Positions 1 to 8,934 of a DNA stretch of 64,000 bases are shown here, piece by piece. Positions within the stretch are counted from its first letter, which is position 1. Every line of letters begins with the position of its first letter. The position numbers and the translations under genes are program-made. The stretch spans positions 384,001 through 448,000 of the forward strand of contig CAXXFF010000002.1 in NCBI GenBank assembly GCA_963676835.2. The letters are read 5' to 3'. The DNA is from Marispirochaeta sp. GTDB lineage: Bacteria; Spirochaetota; Spirochaetia; JC444; Marispirochaetaceae. The notes beneath the pieces are model-generated. The model was not told the origin of the DNA. It saw only the letters and a program-made list of their open reading frames with translations, and did no database searches.

Positions 1-822
1 GCCCGTCTCTCCGGCACAGCTCCGGACAAGATCGAGGAGGTTATAAACCGCCACCTTGAACTCCTGGAACGCGGCCGGCTCCAGGAAGTTGCCCGCAAAA
101 TGCAGATCGGCCTGGAAGATGTAGAGGATATCCTCCTGTTCCTGAAAACCCTGAACCCCTTTCCCGGCAGGGCCTATTCATCGGATGAATCCCGTTTTGT
201 AATCCCCGATGTCATGGTTGCCATGATCGACGGGGAATATCAGCCTATCCTCAACGATGAAGAGGTCCCGATTTTGGGGGTCAACGATTTTTATACTCAG
301 CTGCTGCGGGAAAACCAGGTTCAGGATCAGAAATCTGTCCGTCATTTTGTAAAAGACCATGTTAAAGATGCTCAGTGGTTCATCCGCTCGGTTAATCAGC
401 GGAACCAGACCCTGCTGCGGATATCCCGGGCCATTGTTGAGTTCCAGCGGGATTTTTTCCGCAGGGGACCTAAATACCTCAAGCCCCTGACCCTCAAGGA
501 CATTGCACAGGAAGTGGATGTTCATGAGACAACAGTTTCCCGAATCGCAAATTCTAAGTATATTCAAACTGAATGGGGTATCTTTGAACTTAAGTTTTTC
601 TTTACCAATTCAATCTCCGGAGCAGGCTCCGGGGGATCACAATTCTCAAAAGAGGGGGTTAAACACAGAATAAGGGAAATTATCGATGAATACGGCGGAG
701 AGAAGAAGCTTTCCGACCAGAAAATCGCAGATATCCTCGCTGAGCGGGGTATCAAGATCGCACGGAGGACCGTTGCCAAGTACCGGAAGGAGCTGGACAT
801 ACTCTCTTCCTACGATCGATAA
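1..822 (+). CDS. rpoN: RNA polymerase sigma-54 factor (5'-truncated by window edge)
   Basis: Frame open from base 1; PLTLKDIA..HETTVSR helix-turn-helix and RpoN box ARRTVAKYR. Confidence 0.97.
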   Translation, partial: ARLSGTAPDKIEEVINRHLELLERGRLQEVARKMQIGLEDVEDILLFLKTLNPFPGRAYSSDESRFVIPDVMVAMIDGEYQPILNDEEVPILGVNDFYTQLLRENQVQDQKSVRHFVKDHVKDAQWFIRSVNQRNQTLLRISRAIVEFQRDFFRRGPKYLKPLTLKDIAQEVDVHETTVSRIANSKYIQTEWGIFELKFFFTNSISGAGSGGSQFSKEGVKHRIREIIDEYGGEKKLSDQKIADILAERGIKIARRTVAKYRKELDILSSYDR

Positions 823-848
823 ATCAACCTTTTTAAGGGAGGACCTTT

Positions 849-1142
849 ATGCACTTTGAACTCAAAGGCGTCCACTACCATGTAAGCGACAACACCACCG
901 AATACATCGAGAAAAAGATGCAACGGCTGGAATCAGTCAAGGACAAACTGGAAACACTTCACTTTACCATTACCAAAGAGAAGAACCAGTTCAAAGTAGA
1001 GGTCAATTTCCATTTCGCCTGGGGCTCACCGTCCCATATAAAAGTGGAAACCCATGATCTGTGGCCCGGAATCGACCAGGTATTCGACAAGCTGGTTGTA
1101 AAAGTGAAAAAGGAAAAGGAGAAAATTGTCTCTCACCATTAA
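849..1142 (+). CDS. hpf: Ribosome hibernation promoting factor (short HPF/RaiA)
   Basis: 97 aa with YIEKKMQRL..DLWPGIDQVFDKL pattern; canonical position after rpoN; GGAGG SD. Confidence 0.85.
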   Translation: MHFELKGVHYHVSDNTTEYIEKKMQRLESVKDKLETLHFTITKEKNQFKVEVNFHFAWGSPSHIKVETHDLWPGIDQVFDKLVVKVKKEKEKIVSHH

Positions 1143-1163
1143 TCAGAGACAGCATACCTACCT

Positions 1164-2147
1164 ATGGAGAAGTTTACCGTTCTGGATCTGCTTGATCTGG
1201 ACCTTAAGGAGCAGAATGATCTCAACCTTGTCTGCATCGGCGGAAGGCCGGGGCTGGAGAATGAGATCAGTGTGCCCGATATAAACCGGCCCGGTCTTGC
1301 CCTGAGCGGATTCTTCGACAGCTTCGGCGGAGAGCGACTTCAGCTCTTCGGCCGGGGCGAATATGCCTATCTGCAGAAACTTGAGGAAGAGAATAACTGG
1401 TCCACCATAGAGGAGTTCTTTACTCACTCCGTTCCCTGCTGCATATTCTCACATTCCCTGCAGCCCAATGAGCGCTTCATAGAGATTGCCTCCGATGCAG
1501 GCTGCCCTGTACTGCAGTCGAATCTTAACTCCAGCGAGTTCGCCATCCGGCTGTTCCGGGCTCTGGGAAATATATTTGCCCCTACACGGACCATCCATGG
1601 TGTTCTGGTTGAAGTATTCGGCATCGGTGTTCTCATTACCGGGGATTCCGGGGTGGGAAAAAGCGAAACCGCCCTTGAGCTTATTGAACGGGGGCATCGG
1701 CTCATTACCGATGAATCTGTGGAGCTTAAATGTGTAAGCGGCAGTATCGTCCAGGGATCATCGGCCAACAGTGTTGCCGGGCACCATATGGAAATCCGCG
1801 GACTGGGTATTATTAATATATCCCATCTCTTCGGTGTCGGTGCAATCCGGGACAAAAAACAGGTCCAGCTCATTGTAGATCTTGAAGAATGGGATGCAAC
1901 AAAGGTTTACGACCGCCTCGGAACCGGCGATAATGTAACAGAGATTCTGGGAGTAAAAATCCCGACTGTAACGGTGCCGGTCAAACCGGGAAGAAACATA
2001 CCGATTCTCATTGAAACAGCGGCAATGAATGAAAGGTTAAAGAAAATGGGCTATTTTTCAGCCCGTGAGTTTAACCAGAATATTTTGAAATGGCTGGAGA
2101 GCGAAAATGCCCGCTCCCTCTATTTTCAGCAGAAAGACATCTTTTAG
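1164..2147 (+). CDS. hprK: HPr(Ser) kinase/phosphorylase
   Basis: INRPGL, HGVLV, Walker A GDSGVGKSE, EIRGLGII, PVKPGRN motifs. Confidence 0.97.
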   Translation: MEKFTVLDLLDLDLKEQNDLNLVCIGGRPGLENEISVPDINRPGLALSGFFDSFGGERLQLFGRGEYAYLQKLEEENNWSTIEEFFTHSVPCCIFSHSLQPNERFIEIASDAGCPVLQSNLNSSEFAIRLFRALGNIFAPTRTIHGVLVEVFGIGVLITGDSGVGKSETALELIERGHRLITDESVELKCVSGSIVQGSSANSVAGHHMEIRGLGIINISHLFGVGAIRDKKQVQLIVDLEEWDATKVYDRLGTGDNVTEILGVKIPTVTVPVKPGRNIPILIETAAMNERLKKMGYFSAREFNQNILKWLESENARSLYFQQKDIF

Positions 2148-2156
2148 GAAGTAACC

Positions 2157-2423
2157 ATGGTTTCCAAAGAGGTAACGATCAAGAACCGGGCAGGGATTCA
2201 CGCCCGCCCGGCGGCAATGATCGTACAGACAGCAAACGAGTATGATGCCCAGATTTATCTGGAGAAGGAAAACAACCGCATTAACAGCAAGTCCATTATG
2301 GGTATAATTACCCTGGGCGCTTCGTACAACACCAGACTGCAGGTTGTAGCCGAAGGTGAGGACGAAGAGGAGGCTGTAGACGCTATAGTCAAACTCTTTG
2401 AAAACAGGTTTGAAGAAGAGTAG
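2157..2423 (+). CDS. ptsH: Phosphocarrier protein HPr
   Basis: GIHARPA (His15) and NSKSIMG (Ser46) motifs. Confidence 0.97.
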   Translation: MVSKEVTIKNRAGIHARPAAMIVQTANEYDAQIYLEKENNRINSKSIMGIITLGASYNTRLQVVAEGEDEEEAVDAIVKLFENRFEEE

Positions 2424-2946
2424 ATATCTCATTATTCTTCTTTTTGCCCTGGTGCCGGCATTGTACGGAGAAAACAGCGGGGAAAGCTTCGACATACAGA
2501 TCGTTACAGGTGGGACAAATTCAGATTACAGCTGTAACATTACCGGCCTGGATAATGAACGTATTCTCAGCGGCCTCGATGGCGGAGATACAATTCGCAT
2601 CCGGCTGTGGGTAAAAGAGTGGACAGAATCCGGAAAAGGCTGGAAAAAAGAGAGTATCCAGTCCATCTATACTGTCCATGCATCATGGAATGTTATCGAT
2701 AAAATGTATGTAATTGAAAAAGAGAACAGCAGAGAATATTATCTGCACAAGGACGCTTTCCTGGAAAACCTGCTTACCTTTTCTTCTGTTCCCGTTAAGG
2801 GTTACCCCCTGACAGCACAGATACGCATGCGGGCGGACATTCTCTGGCAGGTACTGCCGCCGCCTTTGAATATACTCAGCCCTCTTCTGCCAAAGCTGCG
2901 CAGCTCTATTCCCTGGACAACCGTGTTTCCGGAGGAAGGCCCATAA
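2398..2946 (+). CDS. Exported hypothetical protein (DUF4390-like position upstream of NtrY)
   Basis: N-terminal signal peptide; C-terminal LPPPL; overlaps neighbours; family suggested only by synteny. Confidence 0.6.
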   Translation: MKTGLKKSRYLIILLFALVPALYGENSGESFDIQIVTGGTNSDYSCNITGLDNERILSGLDGGDTIRIRLWVKEWTESGKGWKKESIQSIYTVHASWNVIDKMYVIEKENSREYYLHKDAFLENLLTFSSVPVKGYPLTAQIRMRADILWQVLPPPLNILSPLLPKLRSSIPWTTVFPEEGP

Positions 2947-4703
2947 TGAGACATAGAGAACCCCGCAGCAGACTCAACAGCCTCATTGTCTTTACCCTTC
3001 TCTATTTTCTGCTGACGATCCTGGTGCTTTTCTTTGCCCGGCAGATACTGATGGATGTATCCACAGGCACCCAGCTGGGAAATGCGGTAATCATTCCTCT
3101 TGGAATAGTCCTTCCCGCCTTTTTGCTGGGATCGGTGCTGATACAGGCCCTGCGGCTGCTGCAGGATAAAAAGCATAACCGGCCGGGAAGCCGGTTCAAA
3201 CTGAAACTGGTCATATTCTTTGCGGTGATTACCCTCTTTGCATCCCTGCCGCAGATGCTTTTGTCTCTCTCTTTTATCGATACCGCCATGCAGACCTGGT
3301 TCTCTTCAGACATGGAGCAGGCCATGTCCGGCGGCATAGAAATTGCCCTGGCATATAACAGTGAGCGGGTAAGCACCCTTACCTCACTGGCGGAGAGCTC
3401 CCTCCTGAGGGACCTGCTGAGAAAGTCACAGCCGGAAACAGTCTGGCAGGCTTTATCAGAGATGAACCCCACCCTGGACGGCATGCAGTTTTTTGACAGC
3501 CAGGGAAAAAGCATGCGCTTTTTTGGAGACCCCCTCCTCAGCCTTGATGCTCCACCGAAAATGATTGCTGAGAATGGGATTGTGCCCAAGGAGTTCCTGG
3601 AAACCGTTACCATCCAGCGGGTAGTCCACCGCTACCGCAGCGACTCCGGAGCAGTATATCAACTGGTGTTTTCCAGCCGTTACATTGAAGACTTCGGAGC
3701 CTACGCCGAGAATCTCACCCGAAGCCGCAATACCTTCCGGCAGTACGCGGAATACAAACCCCTTTTCCGCCTGGTGATGGTCTTTTTCTTCGCCTTCTTC
3801 TCTTTCCCCGTCTTTCTGCTGGCAATCCTGATAAGCTTTCAGCTGAGTAACGAGCTGATCCGGCCGGTGGTTTCCCTGGAAGAGGCAACCCGGAAAGCCA
3901 TGCAGGGAGACTTCTCCTACCGCATTCTCGGACGCTCCCGGGATGAACTGTCGAACCTGACAGCCTCCTTCAACCGGATGATGTCGGAACTGGAAAACTC
4001 ACGACGGACCACCCTGCAGACAGAGAAGGTTACCGCCTGGCAGGAGATAGCCCAGAGACTCGCCCATGAGATCCGCAACCCCCTGACGCCGATCAAGCTG
4101 TCGGCCCAGCGTATCCTCCGGCGCTTTCAGAATGATCCGGCCAGCATCGAAGAGGTCCTGGAGCCTTCGGTACAGGCAATCGTCCGTGAAGTGGAGAACC
4201 TCGATCTGCTGCTTACCGAATTCCGCTCCTTTGCCCGGCTTCCCCGGCCTTCACGCGCCCCGGTACGGCTCCTTCCCCTGTTAAAGGATATTGCCGACGG
4301 CTTTATTACCGGCTATCCGGAGGTTGATTTCAACTTCTCCTCCTTTGACCCGGAAGTGGAACTCCCCCTGGACCGGGAGCAGATCAGCCGGGTTTTTACC
4401 AATTTATTCAAGAATTCCATAGAAGCCATGGAGAGTGCCGGTCGCATCTCCATACGCAACGACCTTGTACGAAAGGGCAATACAAGCTATTGTAGGATCC
4501 AGGTAGAGGACAACGGCTGCGGGATCCCGGAAGATTCCCAGCGGGAGGTTTTCAACCCCTACTACACCTCTAAAAGTGACGGCACAGGACTTGGTCTTCC
4601 CATTGTTGAGCGAATCATCTTCGATCATCAGGGGCAGATCTGGTTTGAATCCGCTCAGGGTCTGGGAACGACCTTCTTTATCGATCTGCCGCTGAATTTG
4701 TAA
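2946..4703 (+). CDS. ntrY: NtrY-like membrane sensor histidine kinase (HAMP-HisKA-HATPase)
   Basis: Several TM helices; AWQEIAQRLAHEIRNPLTPIKLSAQR H-box typical of NtrY; N, G1 (DNGCG) and G2 (GTGLGL) boxes. Confidence 0.85.
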   Translation: MRHREPRSRLNSLIVFTLLYFLLTILVLFFARQILMDVSTGTQLGNAVIIPLGIVLPAFLLGSVLIQALRLLQDKKHNRPGSRFKLKLVIFFAVITLFASLPQMLLSLSFIDTAMQTWFSSDMEQAMSGGIEIALAYNSERVSTLTSLAESSLLRDLLRKSQPETVWQALSEMNPTLDGMQFFDSQGKSMRFFGDPLLSLDAPPKMIAENGIVPKEFLETVTIQRVVHRYRSDSGAVYQLVFSSRYIEDFGAYAENLTRSRNTFRQYAEYKPLFRLVMVFFFAFFSFPVFLLAILISFQLSNELIRPVVSLEEATRKAMQGDFSYRILGRSRDELSNLTASFNRMMSELENSRRTTLQTEKVTAWQEIAQRLAHEIRNPLTPIKLSAQRILRRFQNDPASIEEVLEPSVQAIVREVENLDLLLTEFRSFARLPRPSRAPVRLLPLLKDIADGFITGYPEVDFNFSSFDPEVELPLDREQISRVFTNLFKNSIEAMESAGRISIRNDLVRKGNTSYCRIQVEDNGCGIPEDSQREVFNPYYTSKSDGTGLGLPIVERIIFDHQGQIWFESAQGLGTTFFIDLPLNL

Positions 4704-4715
4704 CTGGAGCACGCA

Positions 4716-6080
4716 ATGAGCCTGATACTGGTAATCGACGACGAACCTGGAATCAGAACGGTTCTCAATGACATACTCACCGACGAAGGCTACCAGGTCC
4801 TCACCGCCGAAGACGGAATTGAAGGCCTGGCGCTGCTGAATGAGAATCCCGTTGATCTGGTTATCCTCGATGTGTGGCTTCCCCAGATGGGGGGCATTGA
4901 TGTACTCAAGCAGATCAAAGAAAAACATCCCACCCTCGAGGTTGTGATGATTTCAGGCCATGCCAATGTTGATATTGCCGTAAAGGCAGTCAAACTCGGG
5001 GCCTTCGACTTTATAGAGAAGCCCCTTTCTCTGGATAAAATTCTGACAATCTGCCGCAATGCCCTGAGCCTTGAAGAGCTGCGCAGGGAAAACCGGGACC
5101 TCAAACGTTCACTGTTTATTGAAGATGAGATGATCGGGAGCACCTCTGCAATGGACCGTATCCGGAGCCTCATAGCTCAGAGTGCCGATTCTGATGCGAA
5201 GGTTCTGATCCTCGGAGAAAACGGTACAGGAAAAGAGCTGGTTGCCCGTGAAATTCACCGCCGGAGCAGCCGTGCCGCCCAGCCCTTTATAGAAATCAAC
5301 TGTGCCGCCATTCCGGATACCCTTATTGAGAGTGAGCTCTTCGGCCATGAAAAAGGAGCTTTTACCAGCGCAGTATCCCGCAGAAAGGGCAAGTTTGAAA
5401 CGGCCCATATGGGCACGCTCTTTCTGGATGAAATTGCGGATATGTCCCTCAGTGCACAGGCAAAAGTCCTGCGGGCAATACAGGAGCAGCAGTTTCAGCG
5501 CCTTGGAGGAGAAGAGCTGATTCAGGTGGATGTCCGGCTTCTGGCGGCAACCAACAAAGATCTTCAGCAGGAAATCAGGGCCGGCCGCTTCCGGGAGGAT
5601 CTCTATTTCCGGCTGAATGTTGTACCCATTACCGTACCGGCTCTGCGTGAGCGGACTGACGACCTGCCCCTGCTTATCAATTACTTTCTGCAGAAGTTTG
5701 CAGCTCCGGAGACAGAAAGCAGGAGAAGCTTCAGCCCGGATGCCCTGAAGGAGCTGTCCAGATACAGCTGGCCCGGGAACATAAGGGAATTGAAAAATTT
5801 TGTCGAGCGAATTACCATAATGAGCGACGAGGACAGTATTTCCGCGGAAACTGCGGTATACTTCCTTGGAGACAGGGCTCCCGAAACAGTGGACACACAA
5901 TTCGCCGACTATATGGATCTTCAGCTGAATGAGGCCAGGGAACTCTTTGAAAAACGATTTCTGGAAACAAAACTGCAGGAATGGGGTTACAATATTACCC
6001 AGGCGGCGGCAAATCTTGGAGTCTATCCAAGCAATTTGCATAACAAGATCAAAAAATTCGGAATAGAGATCAGAAAATGA
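4716..6080 (+). CDS. ntrX: NtrX-like sigma54-dependent response regulator (REC-AAA+-Fis HTH)
   Basis: REC with LDVWLP; GENGTGKE; ESELFGHEKGAFTSA (GAFTGA variant); WPGNIREL. Confidence 0.88.
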   Translation: MSLILVIDDEPGIRTVLNDILTDEGYQVLTAEDGIEGLALLNENPVDLVILDVWLPQMGGIDVLKQIKEKHPTLEVVMISGHANVDIAVKAVKLGAFDFIEKPLSLDKILTICRNALSLEELRRENRDLKRSLFIEDEMIGSTSAMDRIRSLIAQSADSDAKVLILGENGTGKELVAREIHRRSSRAAQPFIEINCAAIPDTLIESELFGHEKGAFTSAVSRRKGKFETAHMGTLFLDEIADMSLSAQAKVLRAIQEQQFQRLGGEELIQVDVRLLAATNKDLQQEIRAGRFREDLYFRLNVVPITVPALRERTDDLPLLINYFLQKFAAPETESRRSFSPDALKELSRYSWPGNIRELKNFVERITIMSDEDSISAETAVYFLGDRAPETVDTQFADYMDLQLNEARELFEKRFLETKLQEWGYNITQAAANLGVYPSNLHNKIKKFGIEIRK

Positions 6081-6682
6081 AAAAACTGACGAATCGACAG
6101 ACAGAAGTTCTCGGGTTTCTCCGCGATTATTTTTCAGATCATCACTATCCTCCCACCATCAGGGAAATTGCCTCATTCTTCTCAATCTCGGTGAAAGGTG
6201 CCTACGACCACGTTAAAGCTCTGGAAAAGAAGGGACACATCCGCTCAGGTTCAAGCAAAAGCAGAGCCATAGAAATTATTGCCGACACGGAAAACCGCGA
6301 GGAGATCCTGGAAATACCGATACTGGGCAATGTGGCGGCAGGACTGCCCCTGTTTGCCGAGGAAAACCATGAGGGAAACGTGCGTATCCCGGCCAGCCAG
6401 CTTTCCCGGGGAGAACATTTTGCCCTGATGGTAAAGGGAGACAGCATGCAGGATGCGGGTATTCTTGATGGGGACACCGCTGTGTTCCTCAAAACCGAGG
6501 CTGCCGCCAACGGCGATATAATTGTTGCCCGGGTTAACGATGAGGCAGTTACCCTGAAGCGCTTCTACCGGGAAAAAAACAGGGTTAAGCTGAAGGCGGA
6601 AAACCCCGTATATCCTCCCATCTACACCCAGAATGTACGTATTCTGGGCAAGCTCCAGTATCTGCTGCGTAATTATGAGTAA
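6077..6682 (+). CDS. lexA: SOS repressor LexA
   Basis: PPTIREI wHTH, VAAG cleavage site, GDSM catalytic Ser, TLKR catalytic Lys. Confidence 0.96.
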   Translation: MKKLTNRQTEVLGFLRDYFSDHHYPPTIREIASFFSISVKGAYDHVKALEKKGHIRSGSSKSRAIEIIADTENREEILEIPILGNVAAGLPLFAEENHEGNVRIPASQLSRGEHFALMVKGDSMQDAGILDGDTAVFLKTEAAANGDIIVARVNDEAVTLKRFYREKNRVKLKAENPVYPPIYTQNVRILGKLQYLLRNYE

Positions 6683-7676
6683 AAATGCCTATCTGCTGCT
6701 GGGACCGGAAGCGGGAGAGAAGAACCGTTTTGTTACCGGCCTCAGAGAACGTCTTGAAAAGCAAGCCGGCGGAGAACTTGAAACCTCAAGCTACTACCCC
6801 TATGAAACCTCCATGGCCGAAGTGGTCTCCAGCATGCTGAACGGATCGCTCTTTTCCAGTGAAAAACTGGTCAGAATAGGCAACGTGGAAGACCTGAAAA
6901 AAGACGGCATCGATGCTCTGACTGAATACCTGAAAAGCCCGGCAGACGGCGTAACCCTGCTGCTGCTTTCAGATGAAATTAAAGTTTCCGAGCGTATACA
7001 GAAACTCATTCCCAAGGAGAACCGTAAAATTTTCTGGGAACTCTTTGATAATCAGAAACAGGGCTGGATCAACTCCTTTTTCCGCGACCAGGGCATGTCT
7101 ATTCACCCCGACGGACTGGAGCTGCTCCTTGATCTGGTGGATAACAATACAGTTGACCTGAAAGAGGCCTGTCAGCGGCTGGCCCAGGATTTCGCCTCCG
7201 CCGGAGACGGGTATCAGATAAGCCCGGAAGATGTTGAAGCCAGGGTTCTCCACAGCAAGGAAGAGAATGTATTTACCCTGTTTGCCAAGGTTTCAGAAGG
7301 GGATCTCCCCGGCTCCCTGGATATCTGCACCAAGCTGATACAATCCGGTTCCGGACAATCGGTACAGATTCTCGGCGGTCTTATATGGCAGTTTCGCCGT
7401 CTCCATGCCCTGAGACTCATGCTGGACAGTAACTTCAGCAGCACAGATGCCCTCTCCCGGGCGGGAATACGGGGAAAGAGAAACGGACAGATTTACCTCA
7501 AGGGTTGTGAAATCTATACCTCAGAAGATCTCGGCAGGATACTGGGTCTGCAGGCACGCTATGACGGACTGCTGCGCAGCACCCCGGCAGATGCCCATCA
7601 CCACCTGTTAAGCATGTTTCTCTACTATGCAGCTGTTCGCAAAGGGCTGGAGGAAGAACCGGTCACCTGCTGCTGA
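6675..7676 (+). CDS. holA: DNA polymerase III delta subunit
   Basis: YLLLGPE start, SLFS..KLV, NVFTL motif; start re-called to ATG 6675. Confidence 0.85.
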   Translation: MSKNAYLLLGPEAGEKNRFVTGLRERLEKQAGGELETSSYYPYETSMAEVVSSMLNGSLFSSEKLVRIGNVEDLKKDGIDALTEYLKSPADGVTLLLLSDEIKVSERIQKLIPKENRKIFWELFDNQKQGWINSFFRDQGMSIHPDGLELLLDLVDNNTVDLKEACQRLAQDFASAGDGYQISPEDVEARVLHSKEENVFTLFAKVSEGDLPGSLDICTKLIQSGSGQSVQILGGLIWQFRRLHALRLMLDSNFSSTDALSRAGIRGKRNGQIYLKGCEIYTSEDLGRILGLQARYDGLLRSTPADAHHHLLSMFLYYAAVRKGLEEEPVTCC

Positions 7677-7762
7677 CCGGTTGCCGCTCCTCCATGCACC
7701 ATTGTTTCCAGATCTTCTAAAAAAGATGCAGGCAAAGGGTAAGCAAAAGAGTTAATGAGGTG

Positions 7763-8779
7763 TTATTCCTCCGGATCAACTTCAAGCCGCACCAGAAGGC
7801 CGTAATGGTCCGAAGGATAGGCACCATAGGTCTCCTGATTAAAGACAATACTGCTGCTCCGGCTGCGAATCCCCTCTCCCCGGATAAGTACATAATCAAC
7901 ACGGTCCTGTGAGATTCCCGCAGCATACAGGTCTCCAGCTTCTGAAGTGTTGGGGTTATTCTCCTCATCCCAGGTTGCACCGCCCCTCTCCCGGGTATCA
8001 CGGAAGCCGGCATTCTTCAGCACTGCCAGCTCCTCGGATTCGGGATGAACAGCTAATGTTCCCATAAGAATTGCCGGCTCACCCCCGGCAACCTCATTGA
8101 TAAAATCCAGGGTAGCCGCCGCCTGTTTCAGCCGCAGCTCCCGGGATTTTGCCGCCCTTTTTATCAGGGCAGTCAGCTCTTTCGTGTCAATCTCTTCACT
8201 GTCATACTCTTCTATCAGCAGTTTAAGATCACTTTCACGGGAATAAAGAGATTCATCCCAGTGGGTAATAAACAGATGTACCCGGCGATCCTCTATTTCA
8301 GTTACCCCGTACAGCACCAGCGCAGCGTCACCAATCTGGAGCAGTTCACCTGGCATGCCGCCGGTCAGCTTGCGTACAGCACGGTCTTCCAGGGGAAACT
8401 CCTTCCCGCAGAACAGGGCCATACCGCTGCGCAGATTGGCAGGAAGCCCCACCGGACCGATTCGCACCCCCCCCCGGTCGGCCTGGTACACACTCTTCAG
8501 GGAAAAAGTCTCCCCCAGGGATTCCGCACTTTTCGGCAGGGGATTCAGCTCAAGCAGACCGAGGATATCCGGCTCATACTCTGCTATCCCCCGCTCCAGA
8601 AGTTCCCGGCGAAAATCTCTGGCTCCGGGCTCTTCCAGATCCTTCTCGGCAAAGAATCCCCCCCGGGACAGACCATTCCAGGTGTTAAAAAGCAGTAGAT
8701 CCACCGTCTCGGCAGGCGCCTGAGACACGAAAATAAGGCTTAAAAGCAGCACAATGGCCGCAAAAGGTAACTTTCTCAT
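7763..8779 (-). CDS. Secreted endonuclease/exonuclease/phosphatase (EEP) family protein
   Basis: Signal peptide, FNTW, DRVDYVL and YPSDHYG motifs; start re-called to ATG 8779. Confidence 0.75.
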   Translation of the reverse strand: MRKLPFAAIVLLLSLIFVSQAPAETVDLLLFNTWNGLSRGGFFAEKDLEEPGARDFRRELLERGIAEYEPDILGLLELNPLPKSAESLGETFSLKSVYQADRGGVRIGPVGLPANLRSGMALFCGKEFPLEDRAVRKLTGGMPGELLQIGDAALVLYGVTEIEDRRVHLFITHWDESLYSRESDLKLLIEEYDSEEIDTKELTALIKRAAKSRELRLKQAAATLDFINEVAGGEPAILMGTLAVHPESEELAVLKNAGFRDTRERGGATWDEENNPNTSEAGDLYAAGISQDRVDYVLIRGEGIRSRSSSIVFNQETYGAYPSDHYGLLVRLEVDPEE

Positions 8780-8934
8780 ACTTATGTTATACCGCACCTT
8801 GTATGGGATTGCAAAAATATATGACTGTGAAAAAACCTGAATATGTATCTGCCCGAAACCACTGTTCACCCTCAAAAAAATAACCGGACTTTAAGGATCA
8901 TCATAAAAACCACTGCAGAAGAAGGAGTCGCCGC

